From: Candidatus Wolfebacteria bacterium GW2011_GWE2_44_13 | GTDB taxonomy: Bacteria; Patescibacteriota; Minisyncoccia; UBA6257; UBA9933 | Length of the DNA stretch: 64,000 bases | NCBI GenBank assembly: GCA_001000675.1 | Contig: LCHW01000002.1 | Coordinates: forward strand, 5,310-69,309 | Direction: 5' to 3' | Shown here: piece by piece, positions 46,888-55,795 of the stretch | Position numbering within the stretch: position 1 is the stretch's first letter | Layout of the letters: each line of letters starts with the position of its first letter | Notes under the pieces: model-generated | The model's input: the letters and a program-made list of their open reading frames with translations, nothing else | Told to the model about the DNA's origin: nothing | The model's database searches: none | Translations under genes and position numbers: made by a program

Positions 46888-47634
46888 ATGCACCAAAACT
46901 CTCTCATACAACTAAAAAATGCATCCGTGCGATACGGAGGCGTGCATGCGCTCGAAGATGTCGACGTGCATATTAATGCCGGAGAGGTTGTTGTAGTTAT
47001 GGGTCCGAACGGTGCAGGGAAATCTACCGTGCTAAAGGCGCTCTATGGCATAGAACCACTCACTAAAGGATCTGTAATCTACGAGGGCACACAGATACAG
47101 CCAAAACCGCATGAAATGATAAAGCGAGGGGTGGTGTTTGTTCCGCAAGGGCGGCGGGTATTTCCAAGCCTCACGGTAAGGGAAAATATAGAAATCGGTG
47201 GCGTGGTTGCAGGTAAAAAAGGATTGGAGTTGGAAAAGAAAATTGATGAGGTAGTGGATTTATTTCCCGCATTGAAAAATAAGCTCAAACGATCGTCGGG
47301 AATATTATCGGGAGGGGAGCAGCAGATGGTCGCGTTAGCGCGAGGGCTAATGGCTGACCCTAAAATACTTCTCCTCGACGAGCCTTCACTCGGGCTTGCG
47401 CCAAAGATAGTAAAGGAAGTATTTGAAAAAATAGCTGAGATCAATAAAACAAAAGGACTTGCAGTAGTTATCGTTGAACATAATATTAAATCGATATTAG
47501 CGGTTGCGCATAGGGCATACGTCCTCGACAAAGGAAGGGTTGCGGCAGAGGGAGATGCAAAAGAAATAGCCGGGAGTGATATTCTAGAGCGAGTATTTTT
47601 GGGAAAAGAGGCGAAAGAAGAGCACACTGCTTGA
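46888..47634 (+). CDS. livF: Branched-chain amino acid ABC ATPase LivF
   Basis: GPNGAGKST, VPQGRRVFPSLTVRENI, LSGGEQQM, DEPSLGLAP. Confidence 0.93.
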   Translation: MHQNSLIQLKNASVRYGGVHALEDVDVHINAGEVVVVMGPNGAGKSTVLKALYGIEPLTKGSVIYEGTQIQPKPHEMIKRGVVFVPQGRRVFPSLTVRENIEIGGVVAGKKGLELEKKIDEVVDLFPALKNKLKRSSGILSGGEQQMVALARGLMADPKILLLDEPSLGLAPKIVKEVFEKIAEINKTKGLAVVIVEHNIKSILAVAHRAYVLDKGRVAAEGDAKEIAGSDILERVFLGKEAKEEHTA

Positions 47635-47732
47635 CTGAATAATATAATAATAGTTTAATAACTATTAGAATCTTCATATGGCGACAGATATTCTGTCTTT
47701 CGGCACATAACCTCTCAGGAAGGAAGGTTTCT

Positions 47733-48062
47733 ATGAAACAGATCGTGGTGTTGTTGGTGCTGGTGTTCGGGTTGGTATCGGTTGCATGCGCTCAGGAAGG
47801 CGAGATTCCCGAGCTGGATAACCCGAACAATGCTCAAAAAAGGGAAAAGGCGTGGGCGCCGCTCATCCGGGCACAGTCCATTGTTGTGAAAAATTTCCCG
47901 ACCGCTTACCCCGCCAACAATTCCTGGACCATAGGGTCCGGGGGGTATGAGCAAAAATTCTGGAAGGAGGAGGGGAGAGGTCGCACAGAGCTCTACGTAC
48001 TCCTCTCGTTCGAAGGAAGGCTGTTCTACTGGGTGAATGACAAGCTCAGAGAGATCAAGTAA
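47733..48062 (+). CDS. Hypothetical secreted protein
   Basis: Signal peptide, promoter TTGACT-17-TTTAAT, SD GGAAGG, terminator ~48083-48112. Confidence 0.75.
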   Translation: MKQIVVLLVLVFGLVSVACAQEGEIPELDNPNNAQKREKAWAPLIRAQSIVVKNFPTAYPANNSWTIGSGGYEQKFWKEEGRGRTELYVLLSFEGRLFYWVNDKLREIK

Positions 48063-48223
48063 TCGGCAGCCCTTCATGAAGTAAGGCCCGCGGTTTATCC
48101 GCGGGCTTTTTTGCCCCGTAGTGAATTTTGGCATATTTACTGGAGGTAAATAGCGAATGCGTGCCAAAATCTACTACAGGGTTTGTTGCGAATGTACTAT
48201 AAAAATGATAGTGTAAATGCACT

Positions 48224-49621
48224 ATGAGAACGCTAATTAGAGAAATAATTACAAAAGAGGGGGAGACCGTAGTCCTTGAAGGATGGGTACGAAACCGCCG
48301 AGACCATGGAAAGCTTATCTTTATTGATATTAAAGACCGAAGCGGCATGGCGCAGGTTGTTTTCTTGCCAAAGCCAGAAGAGGTACATGAGGCGGCAACT
48401 GAATTGCGCAGTGAATGGGTTGTGCGATTAACAGGAAAAGTAAACAAGCGACCAGAAAATATGGTAAACGCCGATCAGGAATTTGGCGCATATGAAATCG
48501 TGGCTGAAGGATTGGAAATTTTAAACAAAGCAGAAGATCTTCCGATTCCAATTGATACCGATGGACGAGAGATTAGCGAAGAAGCGCGTATGAAATATCG
48601 CGCATTCGATCTCCGTAGAGAGCGGATGGAAAAGAACATGAAGATGCGCGCAAAGGTAGTGCACTTCTTTAGGAGCTTTTTGTCTGACCTCGACTTCATC
48701 GAAGTAGAAACGCCAATCCTTGGAAAGGCAACGCCAGAGGGATCACGCGATTATCTCGTGCCATCTCGCATCTATCCAGGAAAGTGCTATGCACTTCCAC
48801 AGTCACCACAGCAGTATAAGCAGCTGTTGATGGTTGCTGGTTTAGAACGCTATTTCCAAATTGCTCGTTGTTTCCGTGATGAAGATACACGTGGAGATAG
48901 ACAGCCTGAGTTTACGCAGCTCGATATGGAAATGAGCTTTGTAAAGCGAGAGGATGTTATGAAAGTTGTTGAGGATATGTTGATCAAGCTTGTGCAGACG
49001 CATTATCCTGAAAAGCGCATTCAGCAGATTCCATTTCCGCATATCACGTATAAGGAGTCGATGGAAAAATATGGAAACGACAGGCCGGATATTCGTGAAG
49101 ACAAAAACGATCCGAACTTGTTGGCATTCTGTTGGGTTCTCGATTTCCCATTCTTTGAAAAAGATGAGGAAGATGGAGGATGGACCTTTACACACAATCC
49201 ATTCTCAGCACCGCAGCCTGAGTTCATGGAGTCCTTGATGAATAAAGAGAATATTGCTGATATCTTAACCACGCAGTATGACATCGTATTGAATGGATAT
49301 GAAATCGGCGGAGGAAGTATCCGCAACCATCGTCCAGAAGCATTGCGAAAGGTTTTGGAGATCATGGGATTTTCAGATGAAAAGATTCAGAGCGACTACG
49401 GACACATGCTCGACGCATTCAAGTTGGGAGCACCGCCACACGGAGGGATTGCTCCGGGAGTTGACCGTATTGTTATGATTTTGCAGGGAGAGCCGAATAT
49501 CCGCGAGGTCATCGCATTCCCGAAGACAGGGGATGGACGCGACCTTATGATGGAAGCACCTACTGAGTTTACCGAAAAGCAGCTGAGCGAATTGCAAATA
49601 AAAATAGATAAGAAGAAATAA
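48224..49621 (+). CDS. aspS: Aspartyl-tRNA synthetase (non-discriminating type, lacks GAD insert)
   Basis: RRDHG, YALPQSPQ, FRDED...RQPEFTQLD, PPHGG; 465 aa. Confidence 0.95.
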   Translation: MRTLIREIITKEGETVVLEGWVRNRRDHGKLIFIDIKDRSGMAQVVFLPKPEEVHEAATELRSEWVVRLTGKVNKRPENMVNADQEFGAYEIVAEGLEILNKAEDLPIPIDTDGREISEEARMKYRAFDLRRERMEKNMKMRAKVVHFFRSFLSDLDFIEVETPILGKATPEGSRDYLVPSRIYPGKCYALPQSPQQYKQLLMVAGLERYFQIARCFRDEDTRGDRQPEFTQLDMEMSFVKREDVMKVVEDMLIKLVQTHYPEKRIQQIPFPHITYKESMEKYGNDRPDIREDKNDPNLLAFCWVLDFPFFEKDEEDGGWTFTHNPFSAPQPEFMESLMNKENIADILTTQYDIVLNGYEIGGGSIRNHRPEALRKVLEIMGFSDEKIQSDYGHMLDAFKLGAPPHGGIAPGVDRIVMILQGEPNIREVIAFPKTGDGRDLMMEAPTEFTEKQLSELQIKIDKKK

Positions 49622-49625
49622 AAAT

Positions 49626-50222
49626 ATGACAAAAGAAAGAACATTAGTTGTTGTAAAGCCGGACGGAGTGCAGCGATCACTTATCGGAGAAATAACAGGA
49701 AGGCTTGAGCGCGTCGGTCTTAAGCTCGTTGGAATAAAAATGATTGTTCCCACTCCTGAATTTATCGAAACGCACTACACGATTGACCCTGAGTGGCGTC
49801 GCATCACAGGAGAAAAAACTATCAAGAGTTATAAGGAAAAAGGGCAGATTCCTCCTTCGGAAGATCCGCTTGAGATAACTGGTGTTATTTTGAAAAACTT
49901 AATGACCTTCATGACTTCAGGTCCGGTAGTTGCGATGGTATGGGAAGGTGTGCATGCGGTAAAAATTGTGCGCAAATTAGTAGGAAGCACTGAACCGCTA
50001 TCTTCTGACGTTGGAACGATTCGAGGGGATTATGTTCTTGATTCATATCAGCTGTCCGATAAAGATGGCCGCGCGATTCGTAACTTGGCACACGCATCCG
50101 GAACGGTAGATGAAGCAACTAAAGAAATTGACCTTTGGTTCGAGAAAGATGAGTTGATTGATTATCGCCTTGTACAAGATGCTATTTTGTATGATGTGAA
50201 TATGGATGGAATACTTGAATAA
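49626..50222 (+). CDS. ndk: Nucleoside diphosphate kinase
   Basis: KPDGVQR, SGPVVAMVWEG, GTIRGDY, N..HAS. Confidence 0.96.
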   Translation: MTKERTLVVVKPDGVQRSLIGEITGRLERVGLKLVGIKMIVPTPEFIETHYTIDPEWRRITGEKTIKSYKEKGQIPPSEDPLEITGVILKNLMTFMTSGPVVAMVWEGVHAVKIVRKLVGSTEPLSSDVGTIRGDYVLDSYQLSDKDGRAIRNLAHASGTVDEATKEIDLWFEKDELIDYRLVQDAILYDVNMDGILE

Positions 50223-50282
50223 GAATTTGAAAATGCCCGAAAGGGCATTTTCTTTTTTACAGGGAGGTGGTATACTGAAATC

Positions 50283-50408
50283 AGAATAACGGTAATGATT
50301 CTCGAGTTAACCTTGTTGATTTGGGAGGGTAATAGTACATCACCCCTTGGGGCAATGTTGCACCCACCCACCTGACTTTTAGTCGGGATATCACAGGCCG
50401 GTATTCCC
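50283..50408 (+). ncRNA. ssrS: 6S RNA (compact)
   Basis: Extended -10 TGGTATACT upstream; rod-like pairing GAATAACGGT/GCCGGTATTC, TGATTCTCGA/TCGGGATATCA and GGGAGGGT/ACCCACCC around a bubble; motifs TTGATTTGGGAG and CACCCACCTG as in Firmicutes-type 6S; terminator follows. Confidence 0.75.
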
Positions 50409-50466
50409 CTGTAACCCCCGAGAGGGGGTTTACAAGTGGAAAAAAATAGTGTAATTTAAGGAAACT

Positions 50467-50667
50467 ATGAGACAGTGCCAAATTTGCGGAAAAGGTTCAA
50501 TGATGCACGGCGCTCGCAAAAAGCTCCGCGGTAACTACAACCCAACCGTCCGAACAAGACGTTATCCAAATCTTCAGAAGTTGACCGTTATGGAAGGTCT
50601 GCGTGTTAATGCATGCACACAATGCATTCGAACAGTCAAAAAGAAAGAAGCTGAGGCTGCGGCATAA
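50467..50667 (+). CDS. rpmB: 50S ribosomal protein L28 (Zn-ribbon type)
   Basis: CQICGKG..R..PNLQ..CTQCIRT. Confidence 0.92.
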   Translation: MRQCQICGKGSMMHGARKKLRGNYNPTVRTRRYPNLQKLTVMEGLRVNACTQCIRTVKKKEAEAAA

Positions 50668-50742
50668 TTAAAAACCGACCATTTGGTCGGTTTTTAATTA
50701 TGTATGGAAAAATCAGCGCATGTTGATAAAATAGAAGCGTAG

Positions 50743-50897
50743 CAGGCTGTCGTATAGTGGTAGTATTCAAGGCTGGGGGTCTTGCGGTCCGGGTTTCGAC
50801 TTTGGCGTTGCCCACGAGCGAAGCGAGTGTCGCAACGAGCCGGAGTGTCGGTGGAGTATCAATTCTTACACGGAGCCGACGATTCCCGGCAGCCTGA
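50743..50897 (+). tRNA. tRNA-Pro(GGG) interrupted by an 84-nt insertion in the T-loop
   Basis: Acceptor CAGGCTG/CAGCCTG+A73, anticodon arm CAAGG-CTGGGGG-TCTTG, T-stem CCGGG/CCCGG; removing 50796-50879 restores TTCGATT. Confidence 0.85.
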
Positions 50898-50909
50898 CAT
50901 AATTCATAT

Positions 50910-51503
50910 ATGGAACTTACGAAAGACAAAATAGACCGACTGGAAGAGATGCTAAAACAGAACAAGACCCTGCAAATAATCTTGCAACGGGCTGATTCTT
51001 TGCATATGTCTAATTGGTATCTTGGGGCCGGATGCATTTCGCAGACTGTCTGGAATATTTTACATGGGTTCGATCCAGAGCAGAATATTAAAGACTACGA
51101 CCTAGTCTATTATGACGCAGAGGATATTACAAAGGAGAGCGAACTCGCATTTATGCAAAAGGCAGCTGATATGTTTAAGGACATTCCCGTAGTGCTTGAT
51201 ATCGTAAACGAGGCACGGGTGCATCTATGGGTAGAAGAAGAATTCGGATACGCAATCGATCAGTACTCGAGCGTGGAAGAAGCGATTAGTACCTGGCCAA
51301 CGACAATAACGTGCGTTGGCGTTACGCGCAGGGAGGGAATGATACACGTATATGCAGCATTCGGATTGGACGATGTGTTTGGTATGGTGCTGCGGCCGAA
51401 CAAGAAGCTGATCACGGAAGAGGTGTATATGAATAAGGTTAAAAAGTGGACCGCACTCTGGCCCAAGCTTACGGCAGTAGGCTGGAATGAGAGGTGTGAG
51501 TAA
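50910..51503 (+). CDS. Nucleotidyltransferase family protein (DUF925-like)
   Basis: WYLGAGCI.QTVWN..HG, IKDYDLVYYD, NEARVHLW. Confidence 0.88.
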   Translation: MELTKDKIDRLEEMLKQNKTLQIILQRADSLHMSNWYLGAGCISQTVWNILHGFDPEQNIKDYDLVYYDAEDITKESELAFMQKAADMFKDIPVVLDIVNEARVHLWVEEEFGYAIDQYSSVEEAISTWPTTITCVGVTRREGMIHVYAAFGLDDVFGMVLRPNKKLITEEVYMNKVKKWTALWPKLTAVGWNERCE

Positions 51504-51550
51504 AAAGTACTCAGTTTGAAATAAAGTCAAGCACGGCGTACAATAAACCC

Positions 51551-52564
51551 ATGGAATGGAAGTTAGAAATAACATGGGGATCATTATGGAGAATCGTTAT
51601 TATGCTCACCGGCATAACGATGCTGTATTATATGCGCCACGTGGTTGCGCTCCTTTTTTTGGCAATTGTTATTTCTTCCGCACTGGACGCTCCATTAAAT
51701 TGGCTGGAAAAGCGTAAGATTCCACGTATTATGGGTATTCTATTTATACTCGCAGCAGGATTTTCTAGCTTTGCCTTGTTGTTGTATACGGTTGTGCCGA
51801 TTATGATCATCGAAATAAAGGACCTAGCCGATAATATCGGATTGCTTGAAGCGTCACTCGGTAGTCTCGTGGGGATTTCAAGCATGTCGGGTACATTAAG
51901 CTCGGGGCTAAGCGGGGCAAGTGAAACATTGGCGACGAGTGGATTTTCCATGGCAAAGCTCATACCGCAGTTATTTGAGAATGCGGTAATGGTTGTCACG
52001 GTAATGGTTATTTCTATTTACCTTGCGTGGTATCGAGATGGAATCGAAGGATTTTTGCGAGCAGTGCTTCCTATAGAATACGAGCAATATGCTATCGGTG
52101 TAATGCATCGGGCAAGAAAGAAAATAGGCAAGTGGCTTGAGGGGCAAATATTGTTAAGCCTTATTGTTGCAATAACGGCATTTATCGGATTAAAATTGCT
52201 TGGAGTAAATTATGCATTAGTACTCGCGTTATTGGCGGGAGCACTGGAACTTATTCCGTTTGTGGGCCCTATCGTTGCCGGAGCGATTGCCTTTCTTGTG
52301 GCAGTTTCACAGTCAACAACGATTGCGGTTGCGACGCTTGTTCTCTTCTTTGTGATCCATCAGCTTGAAGCACATGTTGTATTACCATTGGTAATGCGTA
52401 AAACAACGGGTATTCATCCGGTGATCGTGGCGCTTTCTATTGTGGCAGGATATCAGCTCTATGGATTTATTGGCATTATCCTTGCGATTCCATTTGTTGT
52501 GGTTATTCAAGAATTGGTGGATGATTATAGCGAAAGAAAGCATAGGCAACCAGCACTGAATTAA
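51551..52564 (+). CDS. AI-2E family transporter
   Basis: W..GQ, ELIPFVGP, QLE...LP.VM...G.HP. Confidence 0.9.
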   Translation: MEWKLEITWGSLWRIVIMLTGITMLYYMRHVVALLFLAIVISSALDAPLNWLEKRKIPRIMGILFILAAGFSSFALLLYTVVPIMIIEIKDLADNIGLLEASLGSLVGISSMSGTLSSGLSGASETLATSGFSMAKLIPQLFENAVMVVTVMVISIYLAWYRDGIEGFLRAVLPIEYEQYAIGVMHRARKKIGKWLEGQILLSLIVAITAFIGLKLLGVNYALVLALLAGALELIPFVGPIVAGAIAFLVAVSQSTTIAVATLVLFFVIHQLEAHVVLPLVMRKTTGIHPVIVALSIVAGYQLYGFIGIILAIPFVVVIQELVDDYSERKHRQPALN

Positions 52565-52572
52565 ATAAAAAC

Positions 52573-54051
52573 ATGAAGAAATTTTATATCACAACATCAA
52601 TTGCATATACGAATGCTGCGCCGCATATTGGCTTCGCACTGGAGAGTATACAAGCAGATGTGCTTGCTCGGTACTATCGTGCACAAGGAGTGGACGTGTA
52701 TTTTTTAACAGGTACCGATGAGCATGGCAGTAAAATCGCACAGGCTGCGGAGGCAAAAGGGAAAACGGAAAAAGAGTTCGTCGACGAGATAGCGGAGGAA
52801 TTTAAGGATCTAAAAAAAGCACTCAACCTTTCTTGGGATGATTTTATCCGCACATCGGATAAAAAGAAGCACTGGCCTGCTGTAAATGCAATTTGGGAAA
52901 AGCTGGCAGCGCAGGGAGATATTTATAAAAAGACATACGAAGGGCTGTACTGTACAGGGTGTGAAGCTTTTTATACGGAAAAGGAATTGGAAGAGGGGAG
53001 TTGCCCAATTCATCGCAAGCCCGCAGAGCAGGTAAAAGAAGAAAATTATTTTTTCAAGCTATCTAAATATTCAAAGGAAATAGAGGAGCGAATCAAAAGC
53101 GGAGAATTGCGCATTGTTCCAGAATCGCGCAAGAACGAAATACTTTCATTGTTGAAAGAGGGGCTTACTGATATTAGCGTATCTCGCCCAGCCGATAAGG
53201 TGCATTGGGGTATTCCTGTCCCAGGTGATGCAAGTCAGTTGATTTATGTATGGATCGATGCGCTTACGAACTATATTTCAGGTATTGGGTATGGCCGAGA
53301 AGATAAAAAAGATGAGGAGCTGTATAACACGTATTGGCCGGCAGATGTGCATTTAATCGGGAAAGATATCCTGCGATTTCATGCAGGCATTTGGCCAGGG
53401 ATATTATTAGCAGCAGGACTACCGATTCCAAAGAGCGTCTATGTGCACGGATATATCTTGCATGATGGGCAGAAGATGTCGAAGTCAGTGGGAAATGTTG
53501 TTTCCCCCGTGGAGTTGGTTGAAAAATATGGCGCGGATGCTGTGCGATACTTCTTACTACGAGAAATTGCATCAACCGAAGACGGAGATTATACGGAGCA
53601 AAAGTTTCGTGACCGCTATAACGGAGAGCTTGCAAACGGACTAGGGAATTTCTCTGCGCGCGTGCTAACGCTCGCAAGCGGGGAAGATGTTGTAATGACC
53701 GAAGACGAATATGAAGCGTTTGTTGATGAATCCGTAAAACATCGCATTAAAGATGCAGAGCGCACAATAAAAGAAAAAGTAGATGCATTTCGACTGCACG
53801 AAGCAGTGGGCGCGTTATGGGAAGTAATTACCTTTGGAGATTTGTATGTGAACGAAATGAAGCCGTGGAAGCTGGAGGGTGAAGAAAAAAAGAAAGTCAT
53901 GGCAAATTTACTTTATATTTTGGAAGCAATCACAAACATGCTCGCACCATTTTTGCCAGAGACCGCAGAAAAGATCGCAAAGAATATACAGCACCACGGT
54001 AAGAAAATGGAAATAACAAAAGGAGAAAATTTGTTTCCACGATTACAATGA
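52573..54051 (+). CDS. metG: Methionyl-tRNA synthetase
   Basis: HIG.A, GTDEHG, YVWIDAL, GKDI.RFH, KMSKS. Confidence 0.97.
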   Translation: MKKFYITTSIAYTNAAPHIGFALESIQADVLARYYRAQGVDVYFLTGTDEHGSKIAQAAEAKGKTEKEFVDEIAEEFKDLKKALNLSWDDFIRTSDKKKHWPAVNAIWEKLAAQGDIYKKTYEGLYCTGCEAFYTEKELEEGSCPIHRKPAEQVKEENYFFKLSKYSKEIEERIKSGELRIVPESRKNEILSLLKEGLTDISVSRPADKVHWGIPVPGDASQLIYVWIDALTNYISGIGYGREDKKDEELYNTYWPADVHLIGKDILRFHAGIWPGILLAAGLPIPKSVYVHGYILHDGQKMSKSVGNVVSPVELVEKYGADAVRYFLLREIASTEDGDYTEQKFRDRYNGELANGLGNFSARVLTLASGEDVVMTEDEYEAFVDESVKHRIKDAERTIKEKVDAFRLHEAVGALWEVITFGDLYVNEMKPWKLEGEEKKKVMANLLYILEAITNMLAPFLPETAEKIAKNIQHHGKKMEITKGENLFPRLQ

Positions 54052-54824
54052 AACTGATCGATTCGCACACACACGTGCAGCTAAAACAATTTAACGCAGA
54101 CCGAGACGAGGTTATTAAACGCGCACTGGAGAACGAAATCTGGATGATCAATGTTGGAACAAACAGAAAAGATTCCCAGTTGGCCGTAGATATTTGTGAT
54201 GCGTATACCGAGGGGGTATTTGCGACGATTGGACAGCACCCTGACGAACGGGAGGTGTTTGATTATGATTGGTATGTAAAGCGGGGGCAACACGCAAAAG
54301 TAGTTGCAATTGGTGAATGCGGGCTGGATTATCATCGCGTAGAGCCGCACTTATTTGGAGAAGAGCGTGAGCGACAAATAGAGCTGTTTCAGCAACATAT
54401 CGAGTTGGCAAAAGAATTAGAGAAGCCCCTCATGATTCATTGTCGAGAAGCATTCTCTGATGTGAAGAGTGTTATTAAGAAAGAGATTGCCGATATGCCA
54501 ACGGAAGTTCCGGGGATACTCCACTTTTTCACGGGCACAAAAGAAGATGCAAAGACGTTTCTTGATTTTGGATTTATGTTTACCTTTGGCGGACTCATCA
54601 CATTCAACCGCGAGTTTGATGAAGTGCTGCGATATATTCCAAAAGAACGAATTTTGATTGAAACAGATGCGCCATTTGTTGCGCCAGACCCCTATCGCGG
54701 AAAGCGAAACGAGCCATCGTATGTAATGGAAGTTGCGAGGGCGCTCGCCGAAGTGCGCAAAGCGCCGATTGGAGAAGTGTGCCGACAGACAACACAAAAC
54801 GCAAAAAGCGCATTTGGAATTTAA
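54048..54824 (+). CDS. tatD: TatD-family hydrolase
   Basis: DSHTH, AIGECGLDY, IHCR, ETDAPF, RGKRNEP. Confidence 0.93.
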   Translation: MKLIDSHTHVQLKQFNADRDEVIKRALENEIWMINVGTNRKDSQLAVDICDAYTEGVFATIGQHPDEREVFDYDWYVKRGQHAKVVAIGECGLDYHRVEPHLFGEERERQIELFQQHIELAKELEKPLMIHCREAFSDVKSVIKKEIADMPTEVPGILHFFTGTKEDAKTFLDFGFMFTFGGLITFNREFDEVLRYIPKERILIETDAPFVAPDPYRGKRNEPSYVMEVARALAEVRKAPIGEVCRQTTQNAKSAFGI

Positions 54825-54829
54825 CGCAT

Positions 54830-54891
54830 TGTCATTCCCGCGGAGGCGGGAATCCAGTATTAAATAGATTCCCGCCTCCGCGGGAATGACA
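54830..54891. repeat. dRS3-like repeat, inverted doublet
   Basis: TGTCATTCCCGCGGAGGCGGGAATC..GATTCCCGCCTCCGCGGGAATGACA. Confidence 0.9.
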
Positions 54892-54899
54892 CAGGAACA

Positions 54900-55670
54900 A
54901 TGACAATATTACAATCAATTATATTTGGAGTTGTTGAAGGTGTTACGGAATTTTTGCCGATATCTTCAACCGGACACATGATTTTGACGGCGAAGCTCCT
55001 TGGGCTTACGCAGACTAACTTTATGAAGTCATTCGAAATCGCCATCCAGTTAGGCGCTATTTTGTCTGTGGTTGTGTTGTATTGGAAATCATTATTTGTG
55101 AATCGTGCAATAATGAAGCGCATTGCAATCGCGTTTATTCCAACGGGTATCTTAGGGCTCATATTCCACGGACTGGTGAAGGAATATTTATTAGGAAGTA
55201 ATATGACGGTCGTGTTGGCGCTATTAATTGGAGGTATACTGCTTATCGCATTTGAATGGACGCATAACGAAAAAGAAGATGCGCTGGAAGACGTGGCGCA
55301 TTTATCATATTGGCGCGCAGCATTAATCGGTGTAGCCCAGTCAGTTGCGATGATCCCAGGGGTATCGCGATCGGCGGCAACGATTGTGGGTGGTATGTTG
55401 GCGGGGCTAAAACGAAAAACTATTGTGGAGTTCTCATTTCTGCTTGCAGTACCGACCATGTTAGCTGCGACAATCCTCGATTTATCCAAAAGCTACAAAG
55501 ATTTTTCCGCCGACCAGTTTGACGTGCTTGCGGTTGGATTTATCGCCTCATTTTTTGTGGCGCTAGCGAGCATTAAGTTCTTACTCCGCTTCGTGAAAAC
55601 AAACACCTTTGTCTCATTTGGCGTATATCGCATTGCGGTGGCGGTGCTATTCCTCCTGTTTGTGTTGTGA
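54900..55670 (+). CDS. uppP: Undecaprenyl-diphosphate phosphatase
   Basis: EG.TEFLPISSTGH, PG.SRS, FSFLLAVP. Confidence 0.96.
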   Translation: MTILQSIIFGVVEGVTEFLPISSTGHMILTAKLLGLTQTNFMKSFEIAIQLGAILSVVVLYWKSLFVNRAIMKRIAIAFIPTGILGLIFHGLVKEYLLGSNMTVVLALLIGGILLIAFEWTHNEKEDALEDVAHLSYWRAALIGVAQSVAMIPGVSRSAATIVGGMLAGLKRKTIVEFSFLLAVPTMLAATILDLSKSYKDFSADQFDVLAVGFIASFFVALASIKFLLRFVKTNTFVSFGVYRIAVAVLFLLFVL

Positions 55671-55795
55671 ATAGAATTAGGTTGACGGGGTGTTATTGAG
55701 GTGCTATACAGAAGGCAGTAGTTTAACAGTGTCATGTGCTATTTCGCATAGGGTGAAATGGTGCTGCGGCGCATAACAATGAGAGGAGGTTCGTT

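Noticed and set aside
20981-47634. Integron or prophage
   Set aside because: No integrase, transposase or phage genes. The junction hairpins look like terminators and I could not identify attC R/L boxes.
48224-49621. Truncated aspS pseudogene
   Set aside because: The ORF is continuous and all class II motifs are intact; only the GAD insertion is absent.
50283-50408. SRP RNA or riboswitch
   Set aside because: Lacks the SRP domain IV GNRA/AGCA motif, and has its own promoter and terminator rather than leading into a gene.
50796-50879. Group I or group II intron in tRNA-Pro
   Set aside because: 84 nt is too short, with no recognisable P7 or domain V motifs.
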